From Anaeramoeba ignava BMAN (lineage: Eukaryota > Protista > Anaeramoebae): 64,000 nucleotides of DNA. The DNA is taken from contig JAPDFW010000089.1 of the NCBI GenBank assembly GCA_028826165.1, positions 124,001 through 188,000 of the forward strand. Direction: 5' to 3'. The translations under genes were made by a program, and so were the position numbers. Positions 38,101 through 49,943 of the stretch are shown in pieces; position 1 is the stretch's first letter, and each line of letters begins with the position of its first letter. Under the pieces are notes generated by a model, which had not been told where the DNA came from, did no database searches, and saw only the letters and a program-made list of their open reading frames with translations.

Positions 38101-40899
38101 AAAGTGGAATATTTAGTCACTTTTAAGAAAACAGTCACTCAAAAACAAATGAAAGAGCTTTTGAATTTCTCCACAAATCTAAATGGTCTTATTTCACATT
38201 TTTCAAGATTTGAATCGCAACTCAAATTTGTTTTTTCATTATTTTCTGATATTTTTCCAAAAATAACCGAAGATTTACAAAAACTGTCAATTCTAGAATC
38301 ACAAGTTGGACAAGCAAAGCAAAAAAAACGAGTGGATGAGATTATAATCCATTCTTATTGTTCTCAAGTTTTTGATTTATTTGAAAAATATGATGTTGAT
38401 TGCGAAAATATATTTTCAAAGCTTTTAGAGTTTATGCGCTCAAAGGAAATTTCAAGAAATCCTGAGTTTTTGCTTCATAGTACTGATTTTTTGTTTTCTT
38501 TGATTAAAAGCAGCGATTTTTTTATGCATCATAGGGATGATATTGAATATGGTGTTCATAAAATTGTTTTTTCGCTTCTTTTCAGATCTATTTTTACTTC
38601 TTTACTATCTAATTTCATAGTTAATGATATTTGCAAAACATCCGAAAACCAAAGTAACTTAATATATTTTTAAATTTTGATTTTAGATTTTAATTTTAAA
38701 ATTTAATTTTTTAAAGAGGAAAAAAAATACAAGAAAATTTGGGAAAATATTCTATTGCATTTTCCAATTGAATTTCGTTATTCTGCTGTGAAAAGTGTTT
38801 TCCAAAGATTGCAAGGAATTATTCCATCAGATATTCAATATGTAATAAAATTAAAATTTATTTAAAATCAAAATCAAAATTTATTTAAAAATTAAAATCA
38901 AAATTTATTTAAAAATTAAAATCAAAATTTATTTAATAATTAAAATCAAAATTTATTTAATAATTAAAATCAAAATTTATTTAAAAATTAAAATCAAAAT
39001 TTATTTAAAAATTAAAATTAAAATTTATTTAATAATTAAAATCAAAATTTATATAATAATTAAAATCAAAATTTATTTAATAATTAAAATCAAAATAGGA
39101 AGCAGAACAAATACTTCAAAAAATGGAAAAAAAAGCAAGAGGAAAATGTATTCAATTAATCATTTATCATATTGATTCAACATTAAGTGAAGAATTCGTA
39201 GCTAATGAACTTGATAACAAAAATTCAGAACTCCAGAGTAATTTTAATAAATGCTTAGATTATGGCAAACAAATACTCGGAGATTTTCTGGAATTATTTG
39301 ATATCGAATTTGTGATTTATATTGTTAATTTTTATGAATTTTCTTTAAATCAATCAACCGAAGTTGCTCATGCTTTATTTCATTTATTTGAATCAATGAA
39401 TATGGACTTTGCGTTGACAAAGATGGTTGTTGCTCAACGCGTGATGCTTCTAACTTCGCCAAGCTCTTTTTATATTATTGATTCTGTTTCACTTGAAATT
39501 GTTTCACTTTTTGTCTTTTTTCACGGCAAAGATTATTTATCCCAAACATTTGGAGGTTTGATTACTGAAATTTGCGATGACGACGAAATGGAGTTTGAGA
39601 TGAATCCTTATAAAGCACATAATCCTGCAGCTATCTCAAGAAACGAGTCCAATTTGCGCAAATATTTCCATCTTTTTGCAAACGCAATCTTCCAAAATAT
39701 CTCTTTGATTCCTTCAAATATTCGTTCTTTATGCAGTTATCTTAACGATCTTCTTGTGCAACGTTTCCCTGATAATGCGTGTCAGGTTGTTGGCGGGCTT
39801 ATTATACAAAATTTCATTTGCGTTTCTCTTGAAAATCCACAACGATTTCATCTCTATGATGGTAATTCCAAAAATTATTTTTTTAATTTAATTTAATTTA
39901 ATTTTATTTAATTTAATTTTATTTAATTTATTTTTGTTTCTGAAATGATTTTAGGTGATCTCAAAGAAAATACTTATCAAAAACTTGTAATTCTTGCAAA
40001 ATTTTTGGATCATCTTTCAAGAGGTGTTACTTTTCGTCAATCAAAAAAATATTTACAGAAATTCAATCTTGATTTAATTCAACGGTTTCCTGAACGTATT
40101 AATTTTGTTGCTGCAATATCTGTATTTATTTTATTAATTATTTTGATTTTAATTTTAATTTTGATTTTAATTTTGATTTTGATTTTATTCTAAAAAAAAT
40201 ATCTCAAAATAGAAACATATTGAAGAAGAAAGTGATTCTTTAATCGAAGAAACCTTAACAAAAGAACAAATAGTTGAGATAGATGCGCTATTTTCAGAAA
40301 TTGCGCTTGTAATTCTAACAAGTTTGAAACTTCCAGTGAATTTCAATTCTTCATTAGGAGAACATTTTGTAAGAAGAATATATTATGAATTGGAGGTTCT
40401 GCTTCGCGATTTAAGCATTTTCAACACTCAATTATCAGCACTTGAAGCAAGGAGTTTAGAATCACGATTGTCTTCAGAACAAACAAAGAAAATAACGATT
40501 AAAAAACAACTATCAGAACAAGAATCAGCAGAAACTAAATGGGACAAAATTATCCACAAACCAATTCTTTTGCAAGGAACCGCCTTCATTTCCGAATTGA
40601 GCGGAAAAAAGCGGACATCTGCTAAAAAACGATGGCTTGTTTTGAAACAAAATTTACTTGCGTTTTTTGATGCAAATATTATTACTAAACATAATTTGGA
40701 AAATTGTGCCCCAATCAAAATTATTGCTATAACCTCTGATTTGCGTATTCTTACTGGCAGAGAACGTTTGGATAAAAAGAAAAAAAATAGTTTTGAGATT
40801 GTTCTTGATCAAAACAAAACTTTTTCAATTAGTTTTACTGATTATTCTTTGCTGATTAATTGGTTGCATCTTTTAAAAAGTATCCAAAAAGTTTATTGA
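35180..40899 (+). CDS. Calponin-homology + degenerate RasGAP + PH domain protein (multi-exon)
   Basis: 5' exons LLNWANEQL...ELK|DGSSLLHLF are CH-like. The RasGAP fold shows GKDYLSQT, FEMNP, IPSNIRSLC and ENP, and the C-terminal PH has KKRWLVLK...W. Confidence 0.75.
35770..37430. repeat. Intronic (AAAATT/AAAATC)n hexamer array, interrupted at 36083-36600
   Basis: Direct inspection. Confidence 0.9.
36083..36600. mobile_element. Putative non-autonomous element(s): hairpin-rich island inserted in the intronic satellite
   Basis: Non-satellite sequence bounded by TTAA, with TTAATGAAC...GTTCATTAA, a ~55-bp inverted repeat (36393-36448 / 36538-36599) and three internal hairpins. Confidence 0.55.
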
Positions 40900-41181
40900 T
40901 TTCTTTCTTTTTTTCTTTCTTGAATTTGATATGTTGATAAAAATGCAAAGATATTTTATTTACTTTTAAATTTCTCAAAACAAAAGGCAACAAAGTAATT
41001 GAATATCAAAAAATTATATATTTTTTAAAAAAGCGAACAAACAAACTTTTGAATTTGAATTTGAATTTGAATTTAAATTTAAATTTTGTGATTCTAAATT
41101 GTTGTTATTTTTATTTTTATTTTTATTCTTTTTCTTATTCTTTTTTTATGAGAAAATAAATTGTTTGACTTTTTGAAAAAG

Positions 41182-42544
41182 TTATTTTTCATTATCACTT
41201 TTTTCTGAATTATTTGAATTATCTGAATTATCTGAATTATCTGAATTATCTGAATTATCTGAATTTGTTGTTGATTTTGATTTTGATTTTGATTTTGATT
41301 TTGATTTTGATTTTGATTTTGATTTTGAATTTTTTGTTTCATTTTGATAATTTTCTGGAATTGTTTTTTTAGGAACATAAATAGGTTCATTTTCATTATT
41401 TTGTGATGTAAATGTTCTAGAAACGAATCCAATTTCTTTAATTTCATCTTTTAGGAAAGTAAATGAACCAACAATTTGGAAAACACCAAAAACTAAAACA
41501 ATAATTCCACTTTTGATTTTTAAATTTAATTTTAATTTTGATTTTTGATTTTAATTTTGATTTTAATTTTGATTTTAATTTTAATTTTAATTTTAAATTT
41601 AATTTTAATTTTAATTTTGATTTTAATTTGATTTTTGGTTTTAATTTTGATTTTAATTTTAATTTTGATTTAGATTTTGATTTTGATTTTGATTTAGATT
41701 TAGATTTGATTTTGATTTTAATTTTAATTTTAATTTTAATTTTAATTTTAATTTTAATTTTAATTTTAAATTTAATTTTAATTTTAATTTTAATTTTGAT
41801 TTTAATTTTAATTTTGATTTTAATTTTAATTTTAATTTTAATTTTGATTTTTATTTTGGTTTTGATTTTGATTTTGATTTTGATTTTGATTTTGATTTTG
41901 ATTTTGATTTTAATTTTGATTTTTAATTTTAATTATAATTTTAATTTTAATTTTAATTTTAATTTTAATTTTGATTTTGATTTTGATTTTGATTTTGATT
42001 TTGATTTTGATTTTAATTTTAATTTTGATTTTGATTTTGATTTTGATTTTGATTTAGATTTGATTTTTACATCACTAATAAAAATACTTCATCTTGTGAA
42101 CAACCAATTCCTAAATTCAAAAATATTAATAAAAATATTAATAAAAATATTAATAAAAATATTAATAAAAATATACCCAAACTTCCAATAATTATTGTAA
42201 GCATTCCTTTTCCAAGATAACCTTTTAAAAAACTCATTTTCTCAAATAAAAATCGAAAAGAAGAAAATTCAGCAAAAACAAGTAAAAAAGATAAAATACT
42301 AAATCATTTCAATTAAATCAAATTAAATTGAACCAAATTAAATTTAAAATTAAATTAAATTTAAAAATAAAAAGGAGATTTTAAATAAAATTTTTTACAA
42401 AGCATTTAAAGCTAAATAGAATTCTGCAACATTAAAAACTTTATCTGCAGCACGAGCAATACCAACAAAAGAAGCAGGAAACATTGTCAAAACACAAAGA
42501 GCATTACCAACTCTAACAATTAAAAGAGCAACTTGAGAAGTCAT
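41182..42544 (-). CDS. COPI-associated (Tvp15-like) Golgi membrane protein (multi-exon)
   Basis: Hydrophobic exons with LLVFAEF...MSFLKGYLGKGML...G, then GIIVLVFGVFQIVG and a polar SK/SDN-repeat tail. Confidence 0.65.
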
Positions 42545-42622
42545 TAATAAAATTAAATGTTAAATTAAATTTTAAAAAAAAAAGTGAAAAAAAAAATTTC
42601 ATTTTTTTTTTTAAGATTTAGA

Positions 42623-43204
42623 ATGGAAGTAAAATTAAATGATTTAAAAATTGGAGTTTATGGAAAAGATGGAGTTGGAAAAACTGCAATGATTTTCCAA
42701 TTTATTAATAAATGGGTTTATGAAGAATATGATCCAACAATTGATGATTTTTATAAACAACAAATGAATATCAATAATAAAAATTATTTGCTTGATATTC
42801 ATGATACTGTTGAACAAGATGAATACACCGCGATAAGAGAGATCTCAATCAAACAAGAAGAGGGATTTATGATTGTTTATTCGATTGATTCAAGAGAATC
42901 ATTTGATTCAATTTCTTTATTTAGAGAAGTTATTTGTAAAGTTCAAAATTCAGAAAAGTTCCCACTTGTTATTGTTGGTAATAAATCAGATTTGGAATCT
43001 CAAAGAAAGGTTTCTTTTCAGGAATTGAGTGATCTTGCTGGTATTTTTTCTGTTCCTTTTTTTGAAGTTTCTGCAAAAAATAAACAAAATTTAAATGAGG
43101 CTTTTTTTAAATTAGTTGAAGAAGTTGAAAAATCTCGTGCTCAATCACAGGATTCTCAAAGTAAAAAAGATGGAAGAAAAAAAGGGATATGCTTAATGAT
43201 GTAG
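42623..43204 (+). CDS. Divergent intronless Ras-family GTPase
   Basis: GKDGVGKT, YDPTIDD, DTVEQ, NKSD, EVSAK and CLMM CaaX. Confidence 0.9.
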   Translation: MEVKLNDLKIGVYGKDGVGKTAMIFQFINKWVYEEYDPTIDDFYKQQMNINNKNYLLDIHDTVEQDEYTAIREISIKQEEGFMIVYSIDSRESFDSISLFREVICKVQNSEKFPLVIVGNKSDLESQRKVSFQELSDLAGIFSVPFFEVSAKNKQNLNEAFFKLVEEVEKSRAQSQDSQSKKDGRKKGICLMM

Positions 43205-43314
43205 AAATTAAAGAAATTAGAATTTTTATTTTGATTATTATTTTTTTATTCATTTTTTGATTTTGATTAAAAATTTTGATTTTGATTTTAATTAAAAATT
43301 TAATTAAAAATTTG

Positions 43315-45520
43315 TTAAATTCTGAAATTCCAAATTTTAACTGTTCCATCATTTGAACCTGTGATTACTTTTTCATTATCAACTTTCATTGAAGTAATTT
43401 CGGTATTTTCTCTGTGTTGATATTTTGAATATAATAATTTTCCTGTTCTAAAATCCCAGAAATAAACTGAAGAATCTTTAACATCACCAGAAGAAACAAC
43501 AGTATTTAAAGAAGGAGTTACAGATAAACACTAAAAATAATTTAGTTTAAATTCAAATTTTGATATTTAATATTCAATATTCAATATTCAATATTTATAA
43601 TTTAATATTCATAATTCAATATTTAATATTTAATATTGATAATTTAATATTTAATATTTAATATTTAATATTCATAATTTAATATTTAATATTCAATATT
43701 CAATATTCAATATTTAATATTCAATATTCAATGTTTAATATTCAATATTTAATATTTAATATTTAATATTCAAAATTCAATATTCAATATTCAATATTCA
43801 ATGTTTAATATTCAATATTTAATATTCAATATTCATAATTTAATATTTATAATTTAATATTTATAATTTAATATTCAATATTCAATATTTAATATTCAAA
43901 ATTTAATATTTAATATTTAATATTCAATATTCAAAATTTAATATTCAATATTCATAATTTAATATTTAATATTTAATATTCAATATTCAATATTAAAATA
44001 CTTTGACAGGACTTCGATGTCCATAAAATGTTTGAACAACTCTTCCACTTCTTAAATCCCATTTTTTAATCAAATGATCAACTGAGCCAGTGAGAAAAAC
44101 AGGATTATTATAAGGATTAAGAACTTCCAAACAAGTAATTGAATCAGTATGACCACCAGTAGAACCGAAACTTTTTTCATTTTCAATATCCCAAACTCGA
44201 GTAACACCATCCCAACCTCCAGAAACAATATTATGAGTGGAAGAAAGTGGATTCACTTTTTTTACAGTAACAACCCAATTCTTGTGTCCAGTTAGTGTAG
44301 TCTTCAATTCACCTTTTTCAATATCAAAAATTTTAATAGTTTTATCTGCACTACTTGTTATTGCTATATTTTTTTCAAGTTCAAGTGCAAAAATTGAGTT
44401 TGTGTGATTGTGTAATTTATGAAGTCTTTTTCCATTTTCTTTATCCCATACAATTAATTCCCCTCTCCAATCTCCACTTACGATATATTTTTCATTCATT
44501 TTTAAACAAACAACTCTATCTTTATGACCTTTAAGTTTATATTTCAATTTTGCTTTTTCAAGATCCCAAACACAAACCTAAATTCATTTATAAATTTAAA
44601 TAAAATTCATTTATAAAATTAATTAAAATCATTTATAAAAATAAAATTCATTTATAAAATTAAAATTCATTTATAAATTTAATATTCATTTATAAAATTA
44701 AAATTCATTTATAAAATTAAATTTAAATTAAATTCATTTATAAATTTAAATAAAATTCATTTATAAATTTAAATAAAATTCATTTATAAAATTAAATTTA
44801 AATAAAATTCATTTATAAAATTAAAATTCATTTATAAAATTCATTTATAAAATTAAATTCATTTATAAAATTAAATAATTCATTTATAAAATTAATATTA
44901 ATAAAGATCTTGTTTTAATAATTTTAAATATTCTTTTTCCAAAAAGATACCGTTGAATCCCATCCTCCAGAAACAGCTGTTAAACTATCAAAATCCATAT
45001 CAATACATTCAACCCAACCTTTATGACCTGAAAAAGTACCTTTATATTCAGGTTTTTGTTGAGCAAGATCATAAACAGACACAAAATTCTCATCTGTTCC
45101 AAAAAGTAACAAATCTTCTTCAATCGTAAGACATCTTACACCTCCTTTTGCTTCAATTGAAACAATTTCATAAGTTCCTTCTTTCCAATTTTTTTGGGTT
45201 TTTTTTTCAGAAACACAAACTGCAAACCAATTGATTCTTTTTTGATAAACCATATTGATTTCATATTCTTCGTTTGGCACTAAATCTTGCACATCTTTTT
45301 CTTGTAAATTAGTATTTGTGTTCGTGTTACTGAGCGTCAATGATGTTGTTCTTTCAAGATGTGGTTTTTGAATGAATTTTAAATATTCAAACCAAACCCG
45401 ACTTTTATCAGAAATTCTTTTAAATTGTTGACATGTTTGCCTTACATTAATTAATTCTTTTACAGTACAAAAATCAAAAATTTTGAGTAAAAGTATTGGT
45501 TTAATTGTTTGAATATTCAT
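43315..45520 (-). CDS. F-box/WD40 repeat protein (3 exons)
   Basis: N-terminal F-box (ILLLKIFDFCTVKELINVRQTCQQFK) and multiple GH...WD repeats; the final exon ends DGTVKIWNFRI*. Confidence 0.9.
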
Positions 45521-45603
45521 TTTTAAAAATTAATTTGGAAAAAAGCAAATACAAAAAGAAAAAAATGATTTTTATTTTTTCTTTTTTTTTCATTTTTTTT
45601 AAA

Positions 45604-47390
45604 ATGAATGAAATTTTATTTTTTGGAAGAAATCACAAACCAATTCTTTTAAAAAATGAACCAAAAGAAATTAAAAAACCAATTCAATTTAAATTTGAAA
45701 ATGAAAATGAAAATGAAAATGAAAATGAAAATGAAAAACAAATTAAACAAATTTCATCAGGTGAATTCGCAACAATTTTCCTTTTTGAAAATGGAAAAGC
45801 AATAGAATATTTAAATGATGATTCAAATCAAAATCCTTCAAAAATTCAAATTGAAGAAAATATTCAAAAAGTAACTGTTGAAGAAAATGAAGCTATTTTA
45901 ACAATAGAAGGAAATGTATTTGCAAAAGGAGAAAAAATAAATCCAAAATAATCCAAATGAATTTATCAATATTTCATCATTAATCATTGAAACAAATGAT
46001 AGAATAATTCAAGATATTGTTTCTGGAGCTAATTCAATTTACTTATTAACTTCAAATCAAAATGCTTATGGAATTGGTTCAAATTCTTATAGTCAACTTG
46101 GCGTTGATTCTAAAAGACTTTATAAAACACAAAAACCAATTTTAATGATGGAAAATGTTTCTAAAATATTTTCAGGAAATTCTTCAAATCATGTTTTCCT
46201 TTTAAATTCAAATCAAAAATTATTTGGATGTGGGAATAATTCTTCGAAACAACTTGGATTAGGAGAATCAAGAAAAGAAGAAACAGAAATACGAAAATTA
46301 ACCAAAATCCAAAATATCCCAAAAGGCAAAATAATTGATATTAAAACTGGGTATGTCCATTCAATAATGTTGATTGAAAATCAAAATCAAAAATCCAAAA
46401 AGAAAACTTTATTCATGTGGAAGATACTTTTTTAATGGACTTGGTAAAGAAAATGAAAATACCCATGAATTTACTGAAATCAAATCATCTTTATTTGAAA
46501 ATGATGATATTCTTGATTTTTCTGTTGGATGTTTTCATACTTTGATATTAACAGAAAAAGGAAAGATGATAGGATTTGGATTAAATTCTTCTTTTCAATT
46601 AGGATTTAAAGATACAGAAACACAATTAATTCCTATTCAAATTGAACTTCCTAAATTAAGATTTAATGAAGATATTTCTAATTATCATATTTCTTGTGGA
46701 GATTACAATTCATTTCTTTATTATTCTCATCCTCCTTTTTCCAATCTTGAAGAAGATTTGATGAAATTATTTGAAAGAAAAGAATTTTGTAATATTTCAT
46801 TTAAAACAGAAAATGGAGAAATAATTGAAGCTCATAAATTAATATTAAAATATAGATTAAATCAAGATGAAAATCAGATTGAAAAACTTCAAGAAATTAT
46901 TTCAAATAAATCAATTAAAGAATCAAATCAAATATTTGAAATGATTTATTCAAACAAAATAATAAATTCAAAATTATATTCAGAAATTAAAGAAATTATA
47001 AATTCCAATGAAAAAATTGAAGAAACAATGAAAAGAATTTATTTAAATGAAAATGAAAAAGATTTTATTATTGAAAGAAAAGAAAAACAATATAAATTTC
47101 CCAAATTAATATTAATAATGAGAAGTGAATTATATCGAGGAATGTTTTTATCTGTAACAGAAGATAAATCTAATAAAGTTACAGATTATAGTGAATTAAG
47201 TAATAAATCATTTCAAATATTTGAATATTGGATTTATTCAAATCAAATTAAAAATGAAATTAAAATTACACAAGAAATTATTGACGAACTAGAAACAGGA
47301 ATTGATTATTTTCAATTAAATCAAACAAATCCAAATTTATTTGATTTATTAATTAAAAAATTTAATAATCAAAATCAAAATCAAAATTAA
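45604..47390 (+). CDS. RCC1-repeat/BTB-domain protein, copy A (two +1 homopolymer shifts at ~45948 and ~46393)
   Basis: RCC1 repeats (GCGNNSSKQLGLG, GCFHTLIL) and BTB-like segments (EAHKLIL, LILIMRSELYRGMF); colinear with copy B. Confidence 0.8.
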
Positions 47391-47554
47391 AATTAAAATT
47401 AAAATCAAAATTAAAATTAAAATTATTTTGGAATTTAAAAATTATTAATAAATTTAAATTTAAAAACAAATTTCTAAATTAATATTAATTCAATTTAATT
47501 CAAAAAAAAAGATAAAATTTTAATTTCAAAAAAATCAATTTTCAAAATATTTTT

Positions 47555-48110
47555 AAATAATAAAATATTTAATTCTAAAACATTAAATTATTATTTTAAA
47601 CATAAAATTAAATATTAAATTATATTTTTAAATTAATTTATAAATTAAATATTAAATTAAATTTATTCTTATTTTTATATTTATATGTTAAATATTTAAA
47701 TAATAAAATATTTAAATTTAAAACAATAAATTATTATTTTAAACATAAAATTAAATTATTATTTTAAATATTTTAAATTAATTTTTAAAAATTTAAATAT
47801 TATTAAATTAAATCTATTCTCATTTTTATATTTATATGCTAAATATTTAAATAATAAAATATTTAAATCTAAAACATTAAATTATTATTTTAATAATGAA
47901 ATTAAATATTAAATTATATTTTTAAAATAATTTATAAATTAAATATTAAATTAAATCTATTCTTATTTTTTATATTTATATGTTAAATATTTAAATAATA
48001 AAATATTTAAATTTAAAACATTAAATTATTATTTTAAACATAAAATTAAATATTAAATTATATTTTTAAATTAATTTATAAATTAAATATTAAATTAAAT
48101 CTGTTCTCAT
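47555..48110. repeat. Tandem ~145-bp AT repeat (about 4 copies) between the convergent RCC1-BTB genes
   Basis: AAATAATAAAATATTTAA.T.TAAAACA.TAAATTATTATTTTAA starts at ~47555, 47698, 47849 and 47993. Confidence 0.75.
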
Positions 48111-48115
48111 TTTCT

Positions 48116-49855
48116 TTATTGATTTTGATTATTAAATTTTTTAATTAATAAATCAAATAAATTTGGATTTGTTTCATTTAATTGAAAATAATCAATTCCT
48201 ATTTGAAGTTCATCAATAATTTCTTGTGTAATTTGAATTTCATCTTTAATTTGATTTGAATAAATCCAATATTCAAGTATTTGAAATGATTTATTACTTA
48301 ATTCACTATAATCTGTAACTTTATTAGATTTATCATTTGTTACAGATAAAAACATTCCTCGATATAATTCACTTCTCATTATTAATATTAATTTTGGAAA
48401 TTTATATTTCTTTTCTTTTCTTTCAATAATAAAATCTTTTTCATTTTCATTTAAATAAATTCTTTTCATTGTTTCTTCAATTTTTTCACTTGAATTTATA
48501 ATTTCTTTAATTTCAGAATATAATTTTGGATTTATTATTGATCTGTTTGAATAAATCATTTCAAATATTTGATTTGATTCTTTAATTGATTTTTTTGAAA
48601 TAATTTCTTGAAGTTTTTCAAATTGATTTTGATTTTGATTTAATCTATATTTCAATATTAATTTATGAGCTTCAATTATTTCTCCATTTCTTGTTTTAAA
48701 TGAAATATCGCAAAATTCTTTTCTTTCAAATAATTTTATCAAATCTTCTTCAAGATTGGAAAAAGGAGGATGAGAATAATAAAGAAATGATTTTTGAAAT
48801 CCACAAGAAATATGATAATTAGAAATATTTTCATTAAATCTTAATTTAGGAAGTTCAATTTGAATTGGAATTAATTGTTCATTTTTATATTCAGTTCCTA
48901 ATTCTCCAAATCTATTATCTCCAAATCCAATTACTTTCCCTTTTGTTGTTAAAATCAAAGTATGATTAAATCCAACAAAAAAATCAAGAATATCATCATT
49001 TTCAAATAAAGATGATTTGATTTCAGTAAATTCATAAGTATCTTTATATTCATTACCAAGTCCATTATATCTCCAATCTCCACATGAATAAAGTTTTCTT
49101 TTTCGATTTTCATTTTCAATCAACATTATTGAATAAACACCTCCACATTGAATATCAATTATTTTGCCTTTTGGAATATTTTGGATTTTGGTTAATTTTT
49201 TGATTTTCCATTTTTCTTTTCTTGATTCTCCTAATCCAAGTTGACCATCACTATTATTGCCACATCCAAATAATTCTTGATTTGAATTTAAAAGAAAAAA
49301 ATGAAATGAAGAATTTCCTGAAAATATTTTAGAAACATTTTCCATCATTAAAATTGGTTTTTGTGTTTTTTTAAGTGTTTTAGAATCAACGCCAAGTTGA
49401 CCATATTTATTTGAACCAATTCCATAAACATTTTGATTCGAATTTAATAAATAAATTGATTCGTAACCAGAAACAGTATCTTGAATTATTCTATCATTTG
49501 TTTCAATGATTAATGATGAAATATTGATAAATTCATTTGTATTATTTGGATTGATATCTATTCCTTTGGCAAATACATTTTCTTCTATTGTTAAAATAGC
49601 TTCATTTTGATAACCAGCAGATACTTTTTGAATATTTTCAATTTGGATTTTATGAGGATTTTGATTTGAATTTCTTAAATATTCTATTGCTTTTCCATTT
49701 TCAAAAAGGAAAATTGTTGAATAAACACTCGGTGAAATTTGTTTAATTTGTTTTTCATTTTCAAATTTAAATTGAGTTGGTTTTGTTATTATATCTGGTT
49801 CATTTTTGAAAAGTTTTGAATATTGATTTCTTCCAAAAAATAAACAATCATTCAT
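48116..49855 (-). CDS. RCC1-repeat/BTB-domain protein, copy B (intact, intronless)
   Basis: 579-aa ORF with GSNKYGQLG, GNNSDGQLGLG and GDNRFGELG repeats, then two BTB-like segments. Confidence 0.9.
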   Translation of the reverse strand: MNDCLFFGRNQYSKLFKNEPDIITKPTQFKFENEKQIKQISPSVYSTIFLFENGKAIEYLRNSNQNPHKIQIENIQKVSAGYQNEAILTIEENVFAKGIDINPNNTNEFINISSLIIETNDRIIQDTVSGYESIYLLNSNQNVYGIGSNKYGQLGVDSKTLKKTQKPILMMENVSKIFSGNSSFHFFLLNSNQELFGCGNNSDGQLGLGESRKEKWKIKKLTKIQNIPKGKIIDIQCGGVYSIMLIENENRKRKLYSCGDWRYNGLGNEYKDTYEFTEIKSSLFENDDILDFFVGFNHTLILTTKGKVIGFGDNRFGELGTEYKNEQLIPIQIELPKLRFNENISNYHISCGFQKSFLYYSHPPFSNLEEDLIKLFERKEFCDISFKTRNGEIIEAHKLILKYRLNQNQNQFEKLQEIISKKSIKESNQIFEMIYSNRSIINPKLYSEIKEIINSSEKIEETMKRIYLNENEKDFIIERKEKKYKFPKLILIMRSELYRGMFLSVTNDKSNKVTDYSELSNKSFQILEYWIYSNQIKDEIQITQEIIDELQIGIDYFQLNETNPNLFDLLIKKFNNQNQ

Positions 49856-49943
49856 TTTTGAAATGAAAAAAATGAAAAAAATAATTTTGGAATTTTAATT
49901 TTATTTTTAATTTTAATTTTAATTTTAATTTTAATTTTGAAAA

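Noticed and set aside
45604-47390. RCC1-BTB copy A as a pseudogene
   Set aside because: Only two +1 homopolymer indels and no other stops were found; it cannot be called a pseudogene without read validation.
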